This document shows positions 37,087 through 49,934 of a stretch of 64,000 nucleotides of DNA, piece by piece. How positions within the stretch are numbered: the stretch's first letter is position 1; each line of letters starts with the position of its first letter. Source of the stretch: Lama glama. Taxonomy: Eukaryota. Position numbers and translations under genes: made by a program. The notes under the pieces are model-generated. The model was not told the origin of the DNA. It was given only the letters and a program-made list of their open reading frames with translations, and made no database searches. The stretch is from contig CM052842.1 in NCBI GenBank assembly GCA_028534125.1, positions 3,472,001 through 3,536,000 on the forward strand, read 5' to 3'.

Positions 37087-38837
37087 ATTTATCCTTTCTG
37101 TGTCTTCTTCCCTTTGAAACCCATCAAGTGTCTTAAGTTTATCTTAGAATCTCTTTCTGACCAAGTTGTGAATAGTTAAAAAGTGAGTTTCTGTTAAATC
37201 CTGGAGAAGACCTAGATTGTAAAAGGTTGCTTCTCTCCAAGCAACTTTAATGAAAAACCATCTCCACAACACAGAGGGCTTGTTCAGCATCGGAGACTGG
37301 TCGATGGCACTTACATGTTTGTTTTCATCTACAGAACTGGTCCAGGAGCGCATACGACAAACTAAAATACTGATTCACTTCAGGCGATGGGATGAAGGGT
37401 GATGGCTTCTGTTTTGCTTTTTTCCTCACCGCTTACACTGAATCTGTCTCTTACTCTTTCTCTATCTTTTAAACCGACCTTATTTGCTTAGCTATTAATT
37501 TTCTAACCCATTTCTTTCTGTACCCCTGTTCTGGAGAGTATGTATTTGAAACCCTCTTGAAAGGCAGAACTTGCCGATTTGGGGCTGTGGGATGTACCAC
37601 CAGGTGACCCCCAGGAGGAGGCCTGCCTGGGGCTGACATTTCTCTCGGACACTTCCTGCCAGGTGAGACCTCTGGGTCACTTCTCCGGAGAAACAGGCTT
37701 GGCGCCTGGAAGTTACACTGTCTCACGTGTTTGCCGCTCCGTCACCCTCGGGCTGACCTCGCCCTGAGCTGACCAGCATGCACCTCACATAAAGGTCACG
37801 TGGAGCCCAGTCTGTGGAAATGCACCTGTCACTGCTGGCCCCACCAAGCACTTGAATAAGGTACTGGAAACACCGGTAAGAGCTTTGGGTTGAGTGGATC
37901 ATTTCAGACAGTGAAGCAAATTTTTGGAGTTGCTACTTTAAGAATGGATAACCGAGACCATGTGCTTCCTCAGCTAAGCATCTTGTAAATTCTCAGGAGG
38001 CACAAGTCAGGTGTCCCAGCCTTTCCCAAAGGTCCAATAAGAACTTTGCAGCACCGCTTGGAAAGGCATGCAAAAAAGAAGGCTTCAGGTTTATTTTCAA
38101 TGTACTTAGCATACTTTGTCTAAATTGAGCCCTTTGCCTAAGCGACTGCCCTAGCTGTGTCTAAGCCAGAGAGCTCCCTTACCCTGTTTCTGTATTGTCT
38201 CCAATGCAATTGACTAGAGTCACTGTGATCATGGGTCAAAGGCACATGACACTTGCCCCGTCAGTCTTCTCCCCGCTCCTGCTGAGACTTGAGAAGCGAC
38301 TTTCAGGCTCTGGGGGCAGCAAGCCACCTGGGATGCTGCCGCCTCACCTGCCTCTCCAGGGCGGGACTTCATCCGGCCACTGTCGAAGCGCCCTGGTCTC
38401 CACGTTAATCATGTCAGCCTCAAACCAGTCTGACCACAGTTTGTTTGTCCTGGAGAGTTTCTCTCCCAGCAGAATTATAGCAGGTCAGACTTCTGCCAGT
38501 TAGAATCACGTGGCTTCATGTTCCGTTGATCCATTCTAGTGTAAATAGAAGAGTTGTTTTGAGAAAGTTTTAAACTTCAGGGCTTCCTTTGGTTGACAGG
38601 GCTCTAAACGGTGCTCCCGGCCCCAGGGCAGCAGTGCACAGTGGAATGAACATGAATCTGGCTTCCAGCTGGAACACGGCCCCTTGCTCACTTGGGGACC
38701 TAGCCTCTGCGAACCTCAGCTTTTTCATCTGTGAAATGGATGTAATAATCTAGTGAGCAGGGGGATTGAACCTTACAACAGAGGGCACATTGTGGTCGTA
38801 CAGCAGGTGTTATTTTATTTATGATTGAAAAACCTGA

Positions 38838-39004
38838 AATAAGTTTATACTGTAGAGCAGCAGGAACTATATTCAATACCTTATAGTAACCTATAGTGAA
38901 AAAGAATATGAAAAGGAATAGATATATGTATGACTGAAACATTATGCTGTGTACCAGAGATTGACACAACATTGTAAACTGACTGTATTTCAATTAAAAA
39001 AAAA
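38838..39004 (+). mobile_element. L1 3' tip
   Basis: ggaactatattcaataccttatagtaacc...gtatgactgaaacattatgctgtgtaccagagattgacacaacattgtaaactgac followed by poly(A). Confidence 0.9.
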
Positions 39005-39044
39005 GCCCTGAGAGTCCCATCAACAAAGGACGGGGGGAGGAGAG

Positions 39045-39965
39045 CAAACAATCATATGAAAAGATGCTCCACATCGTATATCGTCAGGGAATTGCAAATT
39101 AGAACAAACTAAAACCACTGCACACCTATCAGAATGGCTAAAACCCAAAGCACTGACCACGCCACATGCTGGTGAGGACGTGGAGCAACGGGAACTCGCT
39201 CATTGCTGGTGGGAACGCAGAAATGGTGCAGTCACTACGGAAGACAGTTTGGCAGTTTCTTTCGAAACTAAATGTACTCTTACCATACGATCCAGAAATG
39301 ACGCTGCATGGTATTTACCCAAATGAGCTGGAAACTTATGTCCACCCAAAAATCTGCACACAGATCTTTACAGCAGCTTTTTATAACTGTCAAAACTCGG
39401 AAGCAACTGAGATATTCTTCAGTAGGTGAAAGAGTAAAAAATTGTGACCCACCCAATTACTCGCTGCTAAAACCAAATAGGCTATCACGCCACAGAAAGA
39501 CATGCAAGAACCTTCAAGGCGTGTTCCCAAGTGAAAGAAGTCAAGCAGAAAAGGCCGCGCACCCTGACTCCGACTAGCCGAGGTTTCGGAGGATCAAAAC
39601 TAGGGAAAGAGGAGAACAGCGGTGGTCGTCGGGGGCCCGGGGAACGAGAGGACGGCTGGGGGCGGCACGGCGGCGTGTTAGGGCAGGGAACCTGCCCTGG
39701 GCGGTGCTGTGCCTGCGGAAACACGTCGTCACACACTTGTCCAAGCACACAGAGTGTTCAGCTCCGGGAGTAAACCCTAATGTCAACTGTGGCTTTGGGG
39801 TGATGATGACGTGTTGATGTCCCTTCATCAGTTGTGACAAATGCACATCTGGCAGGAGTGTCCGTGGTACTGTTGTGGGGAGGGGGCCTGCGGGATCTCT
39901 TTATACTTTCCCACCAATTCTACTCAGAACTTAAAACCCTTCCCCCGAACGCCTATTAATTTAAG
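39045..39965 (+). mobile_element. L1MC-type ORF2 end and 3' UTR, strongly GC-shifted in its central part
   Basis: catatgaaaagatgctccacatc...ttaccatacgatccaga...gagtaaaccctaatgtcaactgtggctttggggtgatgatgacgtgt. Confidence 0.9.
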
Positions 39966-40421
39966 ACAAAACAATTGAACCTTGCTTGTTTAAGCCACTT
40001 ATATGTTCAATACTTTTTCAAGAGTTTAAAGTTTTTAAACTTTACTTTTAAAAAAGAAAGGGAAGGGGGGGAGAAAGCAAAACATTTAAAAGTATCAACT
40101 TAACAAATTAAGCCTTATTTAAGTGGTAAGTGGTATTCGTTTTCAGAAAGCCTGCCAGCAAGGAGGCAAGTCGTCCAAGGCCTGAAGTGGGGACGAAAGC
40201 GATGAATGAGTCAGGCTTTAGAGCACCAGACAGCCGATGTGAACTTTACAAATACCCTCTGCTCAAATGTCAAATGGAAAATTCACTCATAAAGCTGAGT
40301 AAGCGGCTTTTTATGGGGTAGTAATGTTTCTCAAATTTTGGAACTAAAACTAAGATGCAAATGTCATTGTTCAATGCTGGTATCAGAAGCTCAAAGTCAA
40401 ACATTTAAACATCAGAGTCCT

Positions 40422-40722
40422 CAAATGAACTTATTTACAAAACAGAAAGAGACTCACAGACGTAGAGAACAAAGTTACGGTTACCAAAGGGGGAAGGCAG
40501 GGGTAAACTGGGAGTCTCGGACCAGCAGATACAAACTACTACACACTGAATAGACAGACAACAAGGTCCTACTGTAGGGCACAAGGAATTACATTCAATA
40601 ACTTGCAATAACCTGTAATGAAAAAAATACATATACACACACATATATGTATAGCTGAATCACTATGCTGCACACCAGAAAATCACACAAAGTTGCAAAT
40701 CAACCATATTCAATTTTAAAAA
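40422..40722 (+). mobile_element. L1 3' UTR with a decayed TSD
   Basis: caaatgaacttatttacaaaacagaaagagactcacagac...; flanks aaacatcagagtcct and aaaaatctgtgtcct look like a diverged TSD. Confidence 0.9.
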
Positions 40723-40834
40723 TCTGTGTCCTAACTGACACTACAGCTTCTTATAAAAACTAAGGCTGCGCATTCAGCAACCTGTTTATGAAAGGACTGA
40801 CCATGAACAGGATCTGTGGTTAAAAAATAGTCAG

Positions 40835-41190
40835 CTGGTGAATAGACAAATTGTGGAATTCACAGAATACAATACAACCTGCCAATAAAAGTGGGTGGAA
40901 CCACTGATACACCAACTCCTCGGATGAATTCCAAAACCAGCACGTTGGGCAAAAGAATCCAGACACAAAAGAATAAGATTCTGATTACATACAACTCGAG
41001 GGAAACCAAACCGAACCGAACTGACGAAAGGCAATCAGAGGTTGCCCGGGGCTGGAAGAAGCCGGGAGTAACCACACAAGTTACAAGATCTTGTAGCTGT
41101 ATCTTGATGGTTGCGTGGGTGAGTTTATTTATCAAGACTCTTCAGACTGTACACTAAAACGTACCTCAATAAACTTTATTTTAAAATAAG
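40835..41190 (+). mobile_element. Old L1 (L1ME-like) 3' end
   Basis: tgaatagacaaattgtggaattcacagaatac...agaatccagacacaaaagaata...tttatcaagactcttcagactgtacactaaaa. Confidence 0.8.
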
Positions 41191-41901
41191 TACAAACCCC
41201 CGAGAGTGAGAAATACTCTTAGTGAGATCGCCCACCCCATGCATTGAGTGGTTGCAATCTATCAGGAGTTTGTTCTTATTCTGAGTTTCTTATAACAGTC
41301 TCAATTGTATTCAAAATTGGGCATCATTTTGAGAGCAGTTTTTCCTCCAGCCTTTGTTCAAAGCTTTCATCAAAGAATTGATGCCCACCTCTACCCCCCA
41401 AAAAGAACTACTGAACAAAAATCAGAAGTGCTGGACAACTTTACCTCGTGTTGGAGAAGTTTTTGAATAAGTTGCCAATATTTAAACTTCAGGAGATTCT
41501 TCATTAAAAAAAAAGAAAGCAGAATTTCTGACTTCCCTAGAAACACCAGGTTTGTATCACAGCACTCTGATTTCTCAGTGACAGCAAGCAGCCTGCTGGA
41601 GCTGAGGAGCAGATCTGCTTTAGTTGAGACCAAGTGCTCACCAGTTATCCACAGTCCCCACCCCTCCCTATTGTATTACACCAAGCTCCTTGACTGGTTT
41701 TTATGACCAGCTTTGCCCCTTTAGGGCAACTCTGGACTAGATGATCTGGGCTATGTCGTCTTTCTTTCCAGTGAAGTCATTCCATGTGGGCAGAGAGGAG
41801 TCTGGAAGCAGGGATCTGGGACATCACAGGGGGAATAAAGTGGGTGGGTGAGAGCGTGGGGCAAGGAAGGCTCAGAGCTCGCTGGATAAGGCTGTCAGGG
41901 A

Positions 41902-41996
41902 GTGAGGGGCTGTCATGAGGATGATTTACTTTCTGAGTCCCTCTCTTAGCTGGGTTTCCAGAAGCTGAGTCAGAGATGAGGACTCTGGTGTAGGTG
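41902..41996 (+). repeat. Copy 1 of a perfect 95-bp direct repeat
   Basis: Identical to 42688-42782 base for base. Confidence 0.97.
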
Positions 41997-42330
41997 ATTG
42001 ATCCCTGGAGTGCTCAGAGCAAAGACCCACGGGAAGTGAGGTTGCAGAATAGGGGGAGACAAAGCTAAGGCGGTCCAGCTGACATCTGTCCTAGTCTGAT
42101 CCCATGGGTGGGGGCAGCTCTGAAGTGTGCCTGGAGATAGAGAGCTGTCCCAGTCACGGCAAAGGGGCGCGTGTCTGAATGGCCACGTCAGTGAGTCACC
42201 AGCTCTGGGCCACCCACTCCCCAGGTGGCGGCACGACCTCTCAGCCATTTCCAAGACAGGCAGCTCCTATCAACCAAAGACACCCCCTACGAAGGGAAGG
42301 GTGCTCTCAGCAGCCGGGGTTGGGAGGCGG
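41942..42330 (-). mobile_element. LTR33-like ERV-L solo LTR
   Basis: tcttagctgggtttccagaagctgagtcagagatgaggactctggtgtaggtgattgat is the reverse of an LTR33-type U5 end. Confidence 0.7.
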
Positions 42331-42469
42331 CCGCTCCGTAAAGGGGGGCGGAGAGTGGAGAGCAACTGCCTCTACTTCAGTCTCCTGGTAGAACCAGGGC
42401 CAGCGTCTCGCATTTCCTAGCAACGCACGTTAGCTCAGAAGATAAGAAATTTAAAGGGGGAGTTGTGGG

Positions 42470-42632
42470 TGATGGAAGGGACAGCCTCACCAGGTGGTGA
42501 GTCCCCTGTCACCAGTGTTCAAACAGAGGCCACATGGCGACCTGGAGAGCTCCAGGGGAGAGTGAGCCTCATCTCGGAGGCTGTGCCAGGGGTCCTTCTA
42601 AAGTTCCTTCCGAAGCAGGCCCTCTGATTCTG
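42470..42632 (+). mobile_element. L3/CR1-like 3' fragment
   Basis: gcctcaccaggtggtgagtcccctgtcacc...gttcaaacagaggc...ttctaaagttccttcc...ctctgattctg. Confidence 0.55.
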
Positions 42633-42687
42633 CAGAGAGCTGCCTTCCCCAGTCTCGTCTCCCTCTTCTTTTAACTGAGACAAGGAT

Positions 42688-42782
42688 GTGAGGGGCTGTC
42701 ATGAGGATGATTTACTTTCTGAGTCCCTCTCTTAGCTGGGTTTCCAGAAGCTGAGTCAGAGATGAGGACTCTGGTGTAGGTG
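42688..42782 (+). repeat. Copy 2 of the perfect 95-bp direct repeat
   Basis: Identical to 41902-41996. Confidence 0.97.
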
Positions 42783-43689
42783 CGAAGAAGCAGACCTGGC
42801 TGGGCAGTTAGCTGCGCCAGGCCACAGCTCCATCCTGCTCAGCCCCACGGCGGTCCCGCGGTCAAGGAGTTGGGACCCACACTTCTCAGATGACGCCACT
42901 AAGGGTCGGAGAGGCCGGGAGTCTGGCCCGGGAGCACACTGTGAACAGGCAGCGGGGCCAGGGGCAGAACGGGCTGTGAGTGGCAACTGACTCTTTGCCC
43001 AGAACAGCGAGCACTTACACAGAAAACAAACAAGGCAGCAAACAGAAGAACACATACGTTCACCGACGAGAATAAGGACATAACGCGACGGAGAAGGGCC
43101 ACGAGGGTTGTCAGAGGGGAAAGGGAAAAACGAAGGTGACCAGACTGAAACAAAACTAAGAACTGTTCCCCCAGTGTTCTAGATGGGGTGGGGGTCCCTG
43201 GAACCAGAGGACAAACCGACGTCTCTGCCATCGTGGTTTGCCCAGCACCCAGCAGTTTGCTGAACGGAGAAGCAGATGAAGCAGTGGGTAAGTGAGCGAA
43301 CGCACCGCAGGGCAGGGCCGCGCCCCAGCTGCTCCACAGCCTGTCTCAGGACATGTGTTTCTGGAGCGGTGTTCATGCCATGATATTTAGATTTCAAAGT
43401 GATTCCTCTCTCACAAAGCATAATCTCTAACACAAACTGCTTCCCGAATCCTTCCTGATGCGATCATGCTACCTTGGGAGAGAGAATTTATCTGATACTG
43501 CGTTTCCCTGAACTCAGACTCATTTAATGGCCCTTTCAGTGTAGAATTTCTGTTTTGTGGACTTCTGTTCCTTCCTAGACCACGAGCAGAAGCTGAGCAG
43601 GCGTGTTCAGTGATGACCATGAAGTCTGATGTCTTACACTCAGTCCAGGTGATGCAAGAGGAGGGACCTCGGATGCAAATGGATTAGTT

Positions 43690-43906
43690 CAGTCGTTCTC
43701 AGTCAGCGTGACTGTGCGCCCCAGGGTACCCGTGGCAATGCCTGGGGACGTTTTTGGTGGTCACAAGTGGAGAGGAGATGCTGCTAGCCTCTAGTGGGTG
43801 TAGGCCAGCAACGCTGCCCGGCATCCTGCAGAGCAGCTGGCAACCCGCACAGCCGAGAATTCTCTGGCCCCAACTGTCAACAGTGCTGAGGTTGAGAAGT
43901 TAGCTG
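43690..43906 (+). mobile_element. MER20 (hAT-Charlie)
   Basis: cagtcgttctca...ggcaatgcctggggacgtttttggtggtcacaa...ctctagtgggtgtaggccag...tgtcaacagtgctgaggttgagaa. Confidence 0.9.
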
Positions 43907-44069
43907 AAGAGGCACCAAAGGACTGAATCTGAATCAGAGGCAGAAAAGTCGCTCTGTTGTGAATACTGCTTATGTCTTTCAGTCAACAATATCAGAAGAC
44001 AGTTAATTATATATATTTTAAAATTATCTGTATGCCCACCACCCTAAGATATCTCTCGGTGTATTTCAG

Positions 44070-44300
44070 GTAGCGCAGTGGAAGTTAAAATAACGACTTT
44101 GAAATCAGATGGCCCTGGCTTCAAATTATATGGTAACCACGTGGTGACTGCGGGGCCTTGGAAAGGTCGCTTGGTCTCTCTAGTCTCAGATGTCCCCGTT
44201 TATGAAACTCCAGTAACTCCCATCTCTGAGGGCAGCCGAGCGATTCAAGCAGAACAGCTCTCATGTAAAGCACCATGCACCTAGTAGGTGTTCAAACATT
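44070..44300 (+). mobile_element. MIR SINE
   Basis: gactttgaaatcaga...tggcttcaaat...catgtaaagcacc...tagtaggtgttcaa. Confidence 0.65.
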
Positions 44301-45994
44301 TTCCAGTTCCTAGCCACAGGCACACATGGCTTTAATAGAATTTCCTTCACCATATTGATGCAAATTTTCGGTACCGCTTTATGCTGTGGCAATGTTTTCA
44401 GGGTCAATAGACACCCTTTGCAAACGCTTTGTAATGTCCCAGCAACTGGACGAGCCCTACTTTACTTAGCAAATCCACCCCCTGTTTATCATAATGAACA
44501 TCACTGGGCGCACCACTTTCCCCACCCGGTGACTCTTTCCCGCCGGTAAAAAGCTCTATGAGGGGTGGGGATTATTGGGGTAAAGGACATCGACATTGTC
44601 ATGTTCTCTGGAGGTTAAGGACACAACCTTGATAAGGAGCTGGAAGCCAGGGTGAGAAGCACCAAACAGGAGGAAGGACCAGCAATTACCTGGGCATCTT
44701 GAGGAAGAGGGACCAGACTTCACCATGTCTGCGACGCTCTGCTCTGTCAAGTTCAATCAGCTTCACACAGATACAATACTCTAATCTGTCCCGTCACCCT
44801 CATTCCCGTTCTGTAAGTTGACCCAATCATGTCCTTTATGGCAATTTTCCTCTCCAGGATCCAGTCTAGGGTCAGGTATCACGTTTGGCTGTCAGTTCTT
44901 GATTTAATAGATGAGACAGTAACTTTGTGGTGCCCATCTGTCTTCCCTCACATTTTAATAGCCATCTCCATAGCTGTCTGCGGGTCCTGGAGCCAGCTGC
45001 CACTCTGACCCGCCGCTTATGGTGGTAATTGTTCCCGCCTCACTTGTGACAGTTGTGCACTGCCACCTGGCCTGTGTCGTTTAGGAACCCTGTTATTTGT
45101 TTTGTAACGTGCCAGCATCCCCTGCCGTCCTCTCCATGGAGGGCGGCCACGTCTCCTCGGTGACAGTGGTGCTTCCCTCACCCGTGCACGTCTCGCCACC
45201 GCTGGGTGAACTGAACTGTCCTCCAGCCCCATTTGCAAACAGAGAGAGCTGGTGAATTTTCCAAACTCACATCTCATACGTCCTCTCCGGCGTGCCCGCT
45301 TCTGAGCCTTGGGTCCTATTCCCAATGTCTGCCATGACTTTTCCACCTCACTTGTGGGCACCAGTTTCTTCCAGGATCCTCGAGCCATCCTGGCCGTGTG
45401 TGGGTCTTTGCGAGTGGAGCTGAATCCTGCGTTGTGAGTATGTCCTACAGCCGTCAGCTCTCTTTAACTAGTCCTCAGTTCTGCCTTCTGTGGGCTGGCA
45501 GCCTCAGCTGCGGGTCCCATGACACTCTCCCGGGTCCTGCTCAGCACATGCTGGTGGGTCCTGAAGCTCTCTTGGGGCGTAGACTGCATGTGGCAGGTCA
45601 CTCTGTGGTTGTTTCGTTTTGCTCAGGCATTCAGATGCTATCTCTCTAACAGGACATTTGTGAGTTTTTCCCCAGGCCTTGCAGGAACCCTTCACTGAAT
45701 AGTCCCCTGGCCAAGGGTTCTGTTCTGCGGGATCTCTCCCAAGCCCCTCTCGGCTCCTGTCTCCAGTCGTAGGCCTCACTCTCTTATTGTAGTTTCCTTG
45801 ATCTGCAAACAGCCGTCTTCGGGGGGAACGAACAGGATGCCCAGACCCTTCTCCCCCCGGGGTTTCCATTGGCACACTGGGCCAGCGCGCAGGCAGCTCC
45901 AGGGCAGCCCTCTCCCCAGCCTGGCACCCCTGCCCAGGTCCCTTCCCCACGCTCATATGGACCCAGCATGCTCGGAGTGTCGTTAGATTAGAGT

Positions 45995-46462
45995 TTCCAT
46001 CTCCTGGGGCTGCTGTAGCCACACCACCAGCAGGGTTGTCAACAACCAGGTTCTGGAGGCTGGGAGCCCACAGTCGAGGTGTCAGCAGGGTTGGTTCCCG
46101 CAAGGCAGTGCAGAGAGGATCTGTTCCAGGCCTCTCTCCCACCTGCTGCTGGGTCACTGGCAACCTGTGACATCCTTGGCCCCTCGACGCATCACTCCAG
46201 CCCTCTGTCTTCACATGGCGTCCTCCCTGTGTCTCCTCACATCATCTGCTCTGTGTGTGTCTGTCTCTGTGTCCAAATTTTCCCTTTTTCATAAGGTCAC
46301 TAATCATACTGGATTGGGGCCCGCCGTAATCACCTCATTTTAACCTGGTTACCTCTGTAGAGACCCTATTTCCAGATAAGGTCACACTCTGCACAGCTGG
46401 GGTGGGTGCTGAGGGCTTCAGCAGAGCCTTCTTGTAGGGGGGACGCAATTAAACCCATAACA
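45995..46462 (-). mobile_element. MLT1B/C MaLR solo LTR
   Basis: gttctggaggctgggag...ggtgtcagcagggttggttcc...gaccctatttccagataaggtcacact...aacccataaca. Confidence 0.9.
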
Positions 46463-47599
46463 CTGGGTCTGTCTGGCTCCAAAGCCTGCACTTTCCTGAG
46501 GTATAAACCAGGGAGTGATGAATTCTGTGAGGAGAAGAGAGGGCTGAGGTCAGGGACGTCGTCATGAAGGCGGTGACGCTGGAGTGGTTTGTGAAAGATG
46601 CAGGAACCCCCAGACCAGCACCTTCCAAGAAGGCCGACAGGCATTCGGTCCCAAAGCATACTTTTCCTTAAGCGAAATGAAATGAAACATCGTCATGATC
46701 ACTCACGTCCCCTCTTGACTGTCTCCCGGTGTAAATGCACTTCCACCCCCGTTAGGATGTCGGAGGGGCTGCAGGTGCTTTCTACTTCGGGGTCAGACAG
46801 AGACGGACGAGGGAGCCCTGGGGACCAGGTGCTGCTGTCTTTACCCCGCTGCCACGCTGCTCATTACATACACTCGGGGAAGATGGCCAGGCCGCAGAGA
46901 CGCCTGAGCCGGCTTCGCTCCCGTTGCAATTTGGTTGTATTTTTCAGCAGGTTTTATGGCTCAGAACGCCTGTTTTTCCGTCGCGGCTGTTCACTGACGC
47001 CCGTTCATTCACCCGTCCATTACAGCTGTAGGCGGAGCGCGCCGAGCGGTTTGTGGGGGGACCAGGCGAGTGCAGACCTGCCCCCGGGACCCGCCTCGTG
47101 GTCTTTCCTCCTGGAGGGACTCTGGTGATTACGTGGGGTCACGTGCGGGGGAGCTGGCCCACAGCAGGCACCAACTGTGTCCCCCTGCCCTTTGCCCCTT
47201 CCCTTCTGGGGAATTTCAAGCCCCTGTTGCCAGACAGCTCTGTGACCTTGAACAAATTACTTGCCACCTCGGAGTGGTCATCCAGGCTGTCATGACGGCG
47301 GTGGTGCTGGCCGTCTTATAGATGGACGCCTCCTAAGGCTGGTAGATGAGGCGCCCTGGGAAAGCCTCCTGGCGTGTCGAGGACCAGAGCCAAGAGTTTT
47401 GGCGATAACTCTCCACCTGCACACACAGCATTTATATGGCCAAGCGCACTGCACTGTACCCTCCAGCGTAACAGTCAGTGGAAAATCAAGGGAAGGAAAT
47501 GAACGATGGAGAAGAAACGTCAACTCCCCCCGGGTTGCGGTGTAAGTGGAGTGGATACAGCTTGGAGAGCCCCACCGGCATGTTCCTCCCCTTCTGCTC

Positions 47600-48505
47600 C
47601 CAGCGCTTCTGGGGGCCCGTTGCCACCCCTTATGCTGGTAACTCCCAAATCCATCTCCAGCCTCCGCCGCTCCTTCTGAAGAACATGTGCCCTTGGATAT
47701 CCTCCCTGGGATGCCCCACGGCCACCTTTAAACATCAAGGTGTCCAAACCGGAACCCAAGCTTCTCTCAACCTGCTCTGAGCCCAGGTTGCCAGCCTCAG
47801 TAACTGGTACCCAGCCATTCAAGCCAGACTCTTTCCTATGCATCTTCCTCAGCCTATTTCCCACCATGTCCCGCAGGATTCTGCTTGCACGCGTGCCTCG
47901 TCCCTTTCCTGTGCCCTTTCTGAGACGGCTGCATCAGCCCTGTCCTGGTCCCTTCTCTGCTCTAGTCTGTCCTCCGTCATGTTGCTGTGGTTCTCTTCCT
48001 GGAAGCAAACCAAAGCCCCCCATGCGCCGCCCCCACATACGCAGACTTCCCCCAATCCTTGCAAAGGAAGTCTCAGGCTCTCTGAGCAGATGCCCGTTCC
48101 TCAAACGTGAATGCCTTCTCTCCCTGGGAATCCCACCTGACCCCTCCAGCCTGACCTCTCGCCATTCCATCACCTTCTGATTCTGAAACGTTTGCTTCCC
48201 TCTAGAACATACCACGTGCTCTTGCTTGGTGCACAACCTCGCCCACTGCCCACTCCCCAGCCAACCTTCTGAGCTCGGCTCAGGCATCTCCTCTTCTGGG
48301 AAGGCTTTCCTCGTCTCCCTGGACTGGGTCGCCTAGGGGAGGATCCTCCTCCTGGGATCCGCGCACTGACTCTGTCATCTTTAACCATCTCTTTGTTCGT
48401 CTGTCTCCACCACCAGACTTCAAGCTCAGTGCAGGCAGTGCCTTAGATGGTGTGCCCGGCACACAGTGAATGCCCAGCCCACATTTAGCACATGAGTGAG
48501 CAAGT
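47600..48505 (+). mobile_element. L2 3' remnant
   Basis: actcccaaatccatctccagcc...ggcatctcctcttctgggaaggctttcct...tgtctccaccaccagact...tgcccggcacacagtgaatgc. Confidence 0.75.
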
Positions 48506-49934
48506 GGGAAAAAAAAGACAATGAAACCCCCAGGACCACCATCCATGTCCGCAGAGTAGCTCAGAATGATGTTCTCCGTAACGTTCTAAATACAATGACA
48601 GCAAACATCATATAATGAATTTCACCTTATAAATCATCCTTGCTTGCATTTACCTCATGTGATCCTCACAAGGCTGTGAGGTAGGGGTTACTGACTATAC
48701 CTAACAGGTGAGGAGACTCAGGACTGCAAAATAATAATAATAAAAAATAGCAGGGCCTGAACCCTTCGATGTGCGGGGTACCGTCTACGCTCATGTCGTT
48801 CTCCCAGCAACACACAGAGCGATCTACACGATCCTTGCTTGACAGGCTGGGGAGCTGAGGCACAGAGCGGTTCAGTGACCTGCCAAGTACCGCTGGGACT
48901 TGGTTTCACACAAATTCTTTCTGCTTCCAGACCAGCAGGTCCGGAAGCCTGTAAGGAAGTCAAAGTCCTAGAATATCGTCTGATGACACTTAACAACTGT
49001 TTGTGGAGTTAAAGTGACCAACTCACTCTCATGGAGAGCCACCTCTTGAATCCAGCTTCTTGCCCCAACTCTCCAGCCCTTCCGGAGTGGAGCGGAGAGC
49101 CCTGTCTGAGAGCGGAGCTCAGCAGCCCAGCCCCCTCCCCCTCTCAGACACAGGAAGGACAGACTGCACCACGATGGCTTAGCTGGGCTGGGGCAGAGCT
49201 CAGTTGCCAGGGTCTGGGATAGAAAGACACAGCTCAGTGGTCTGGACACAGACACATCCTGCCTTTATGTCACAAACAAATGTTACCCATGAGCATCACC
49301 TGCCACCCTGGCAACACATCAGCAGTGCCTCATCCCAGCCAGCGTCCCATGCGATGGGAGCCGCTGGACCCTCCAAATCAGACAGGGCTTACATTCCGCT
49401 CAGGCCAGGCCAGCATGCGCCACATCCCAGTGTTTCTCTCCAAGTTGCTTTCTACTCATCACCCCTCCCCGCCCTGGTCTCTCGACAGTGAATGTTGGAT
49501 GCTGTGGTGATGGGCTGACATCTGCAAGGAATCCTGGACATGATTTCTGTACCTTCAGAGCACTGGTGCCAGAGCGCTGCCTCCCAGGGGTCCAAGGCGT
49601 GGTGCGCCCCACTCCATCCTCCACCTCACCACCCCTTGCCCCTTGGGAACAACTTGGGGCCGACTGGGAGGAAATAGAATGTGAGGCAACCAGAGGATGG
49701 GAGGGAGAGGGTGGAGGACAGAAGCGGATAAACTCACATTTACTGAGCACCTACCTTGTGCCAGGACTTCTGCTTCCTGCTTCACGTATGTTATTTCATT
49801 TACCACGAAACTACCCCTGAGATGGCTTTGTCTGCTTATCCTCATTTTTCAGATAAAGGAACTGAGACTCAAAAACATGTAATCACCTTGCTACGTAGTG
49901 GAGCTCTGACCCACTGCCAGGCTCCTCCCCTACC

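Noticed and set aside
45504-46214. 236-aa minus-strand ORF
   Set aside because: Begins inside an MLT1 LTR, has low-complexity G/P/R composition and no recognisable domain.
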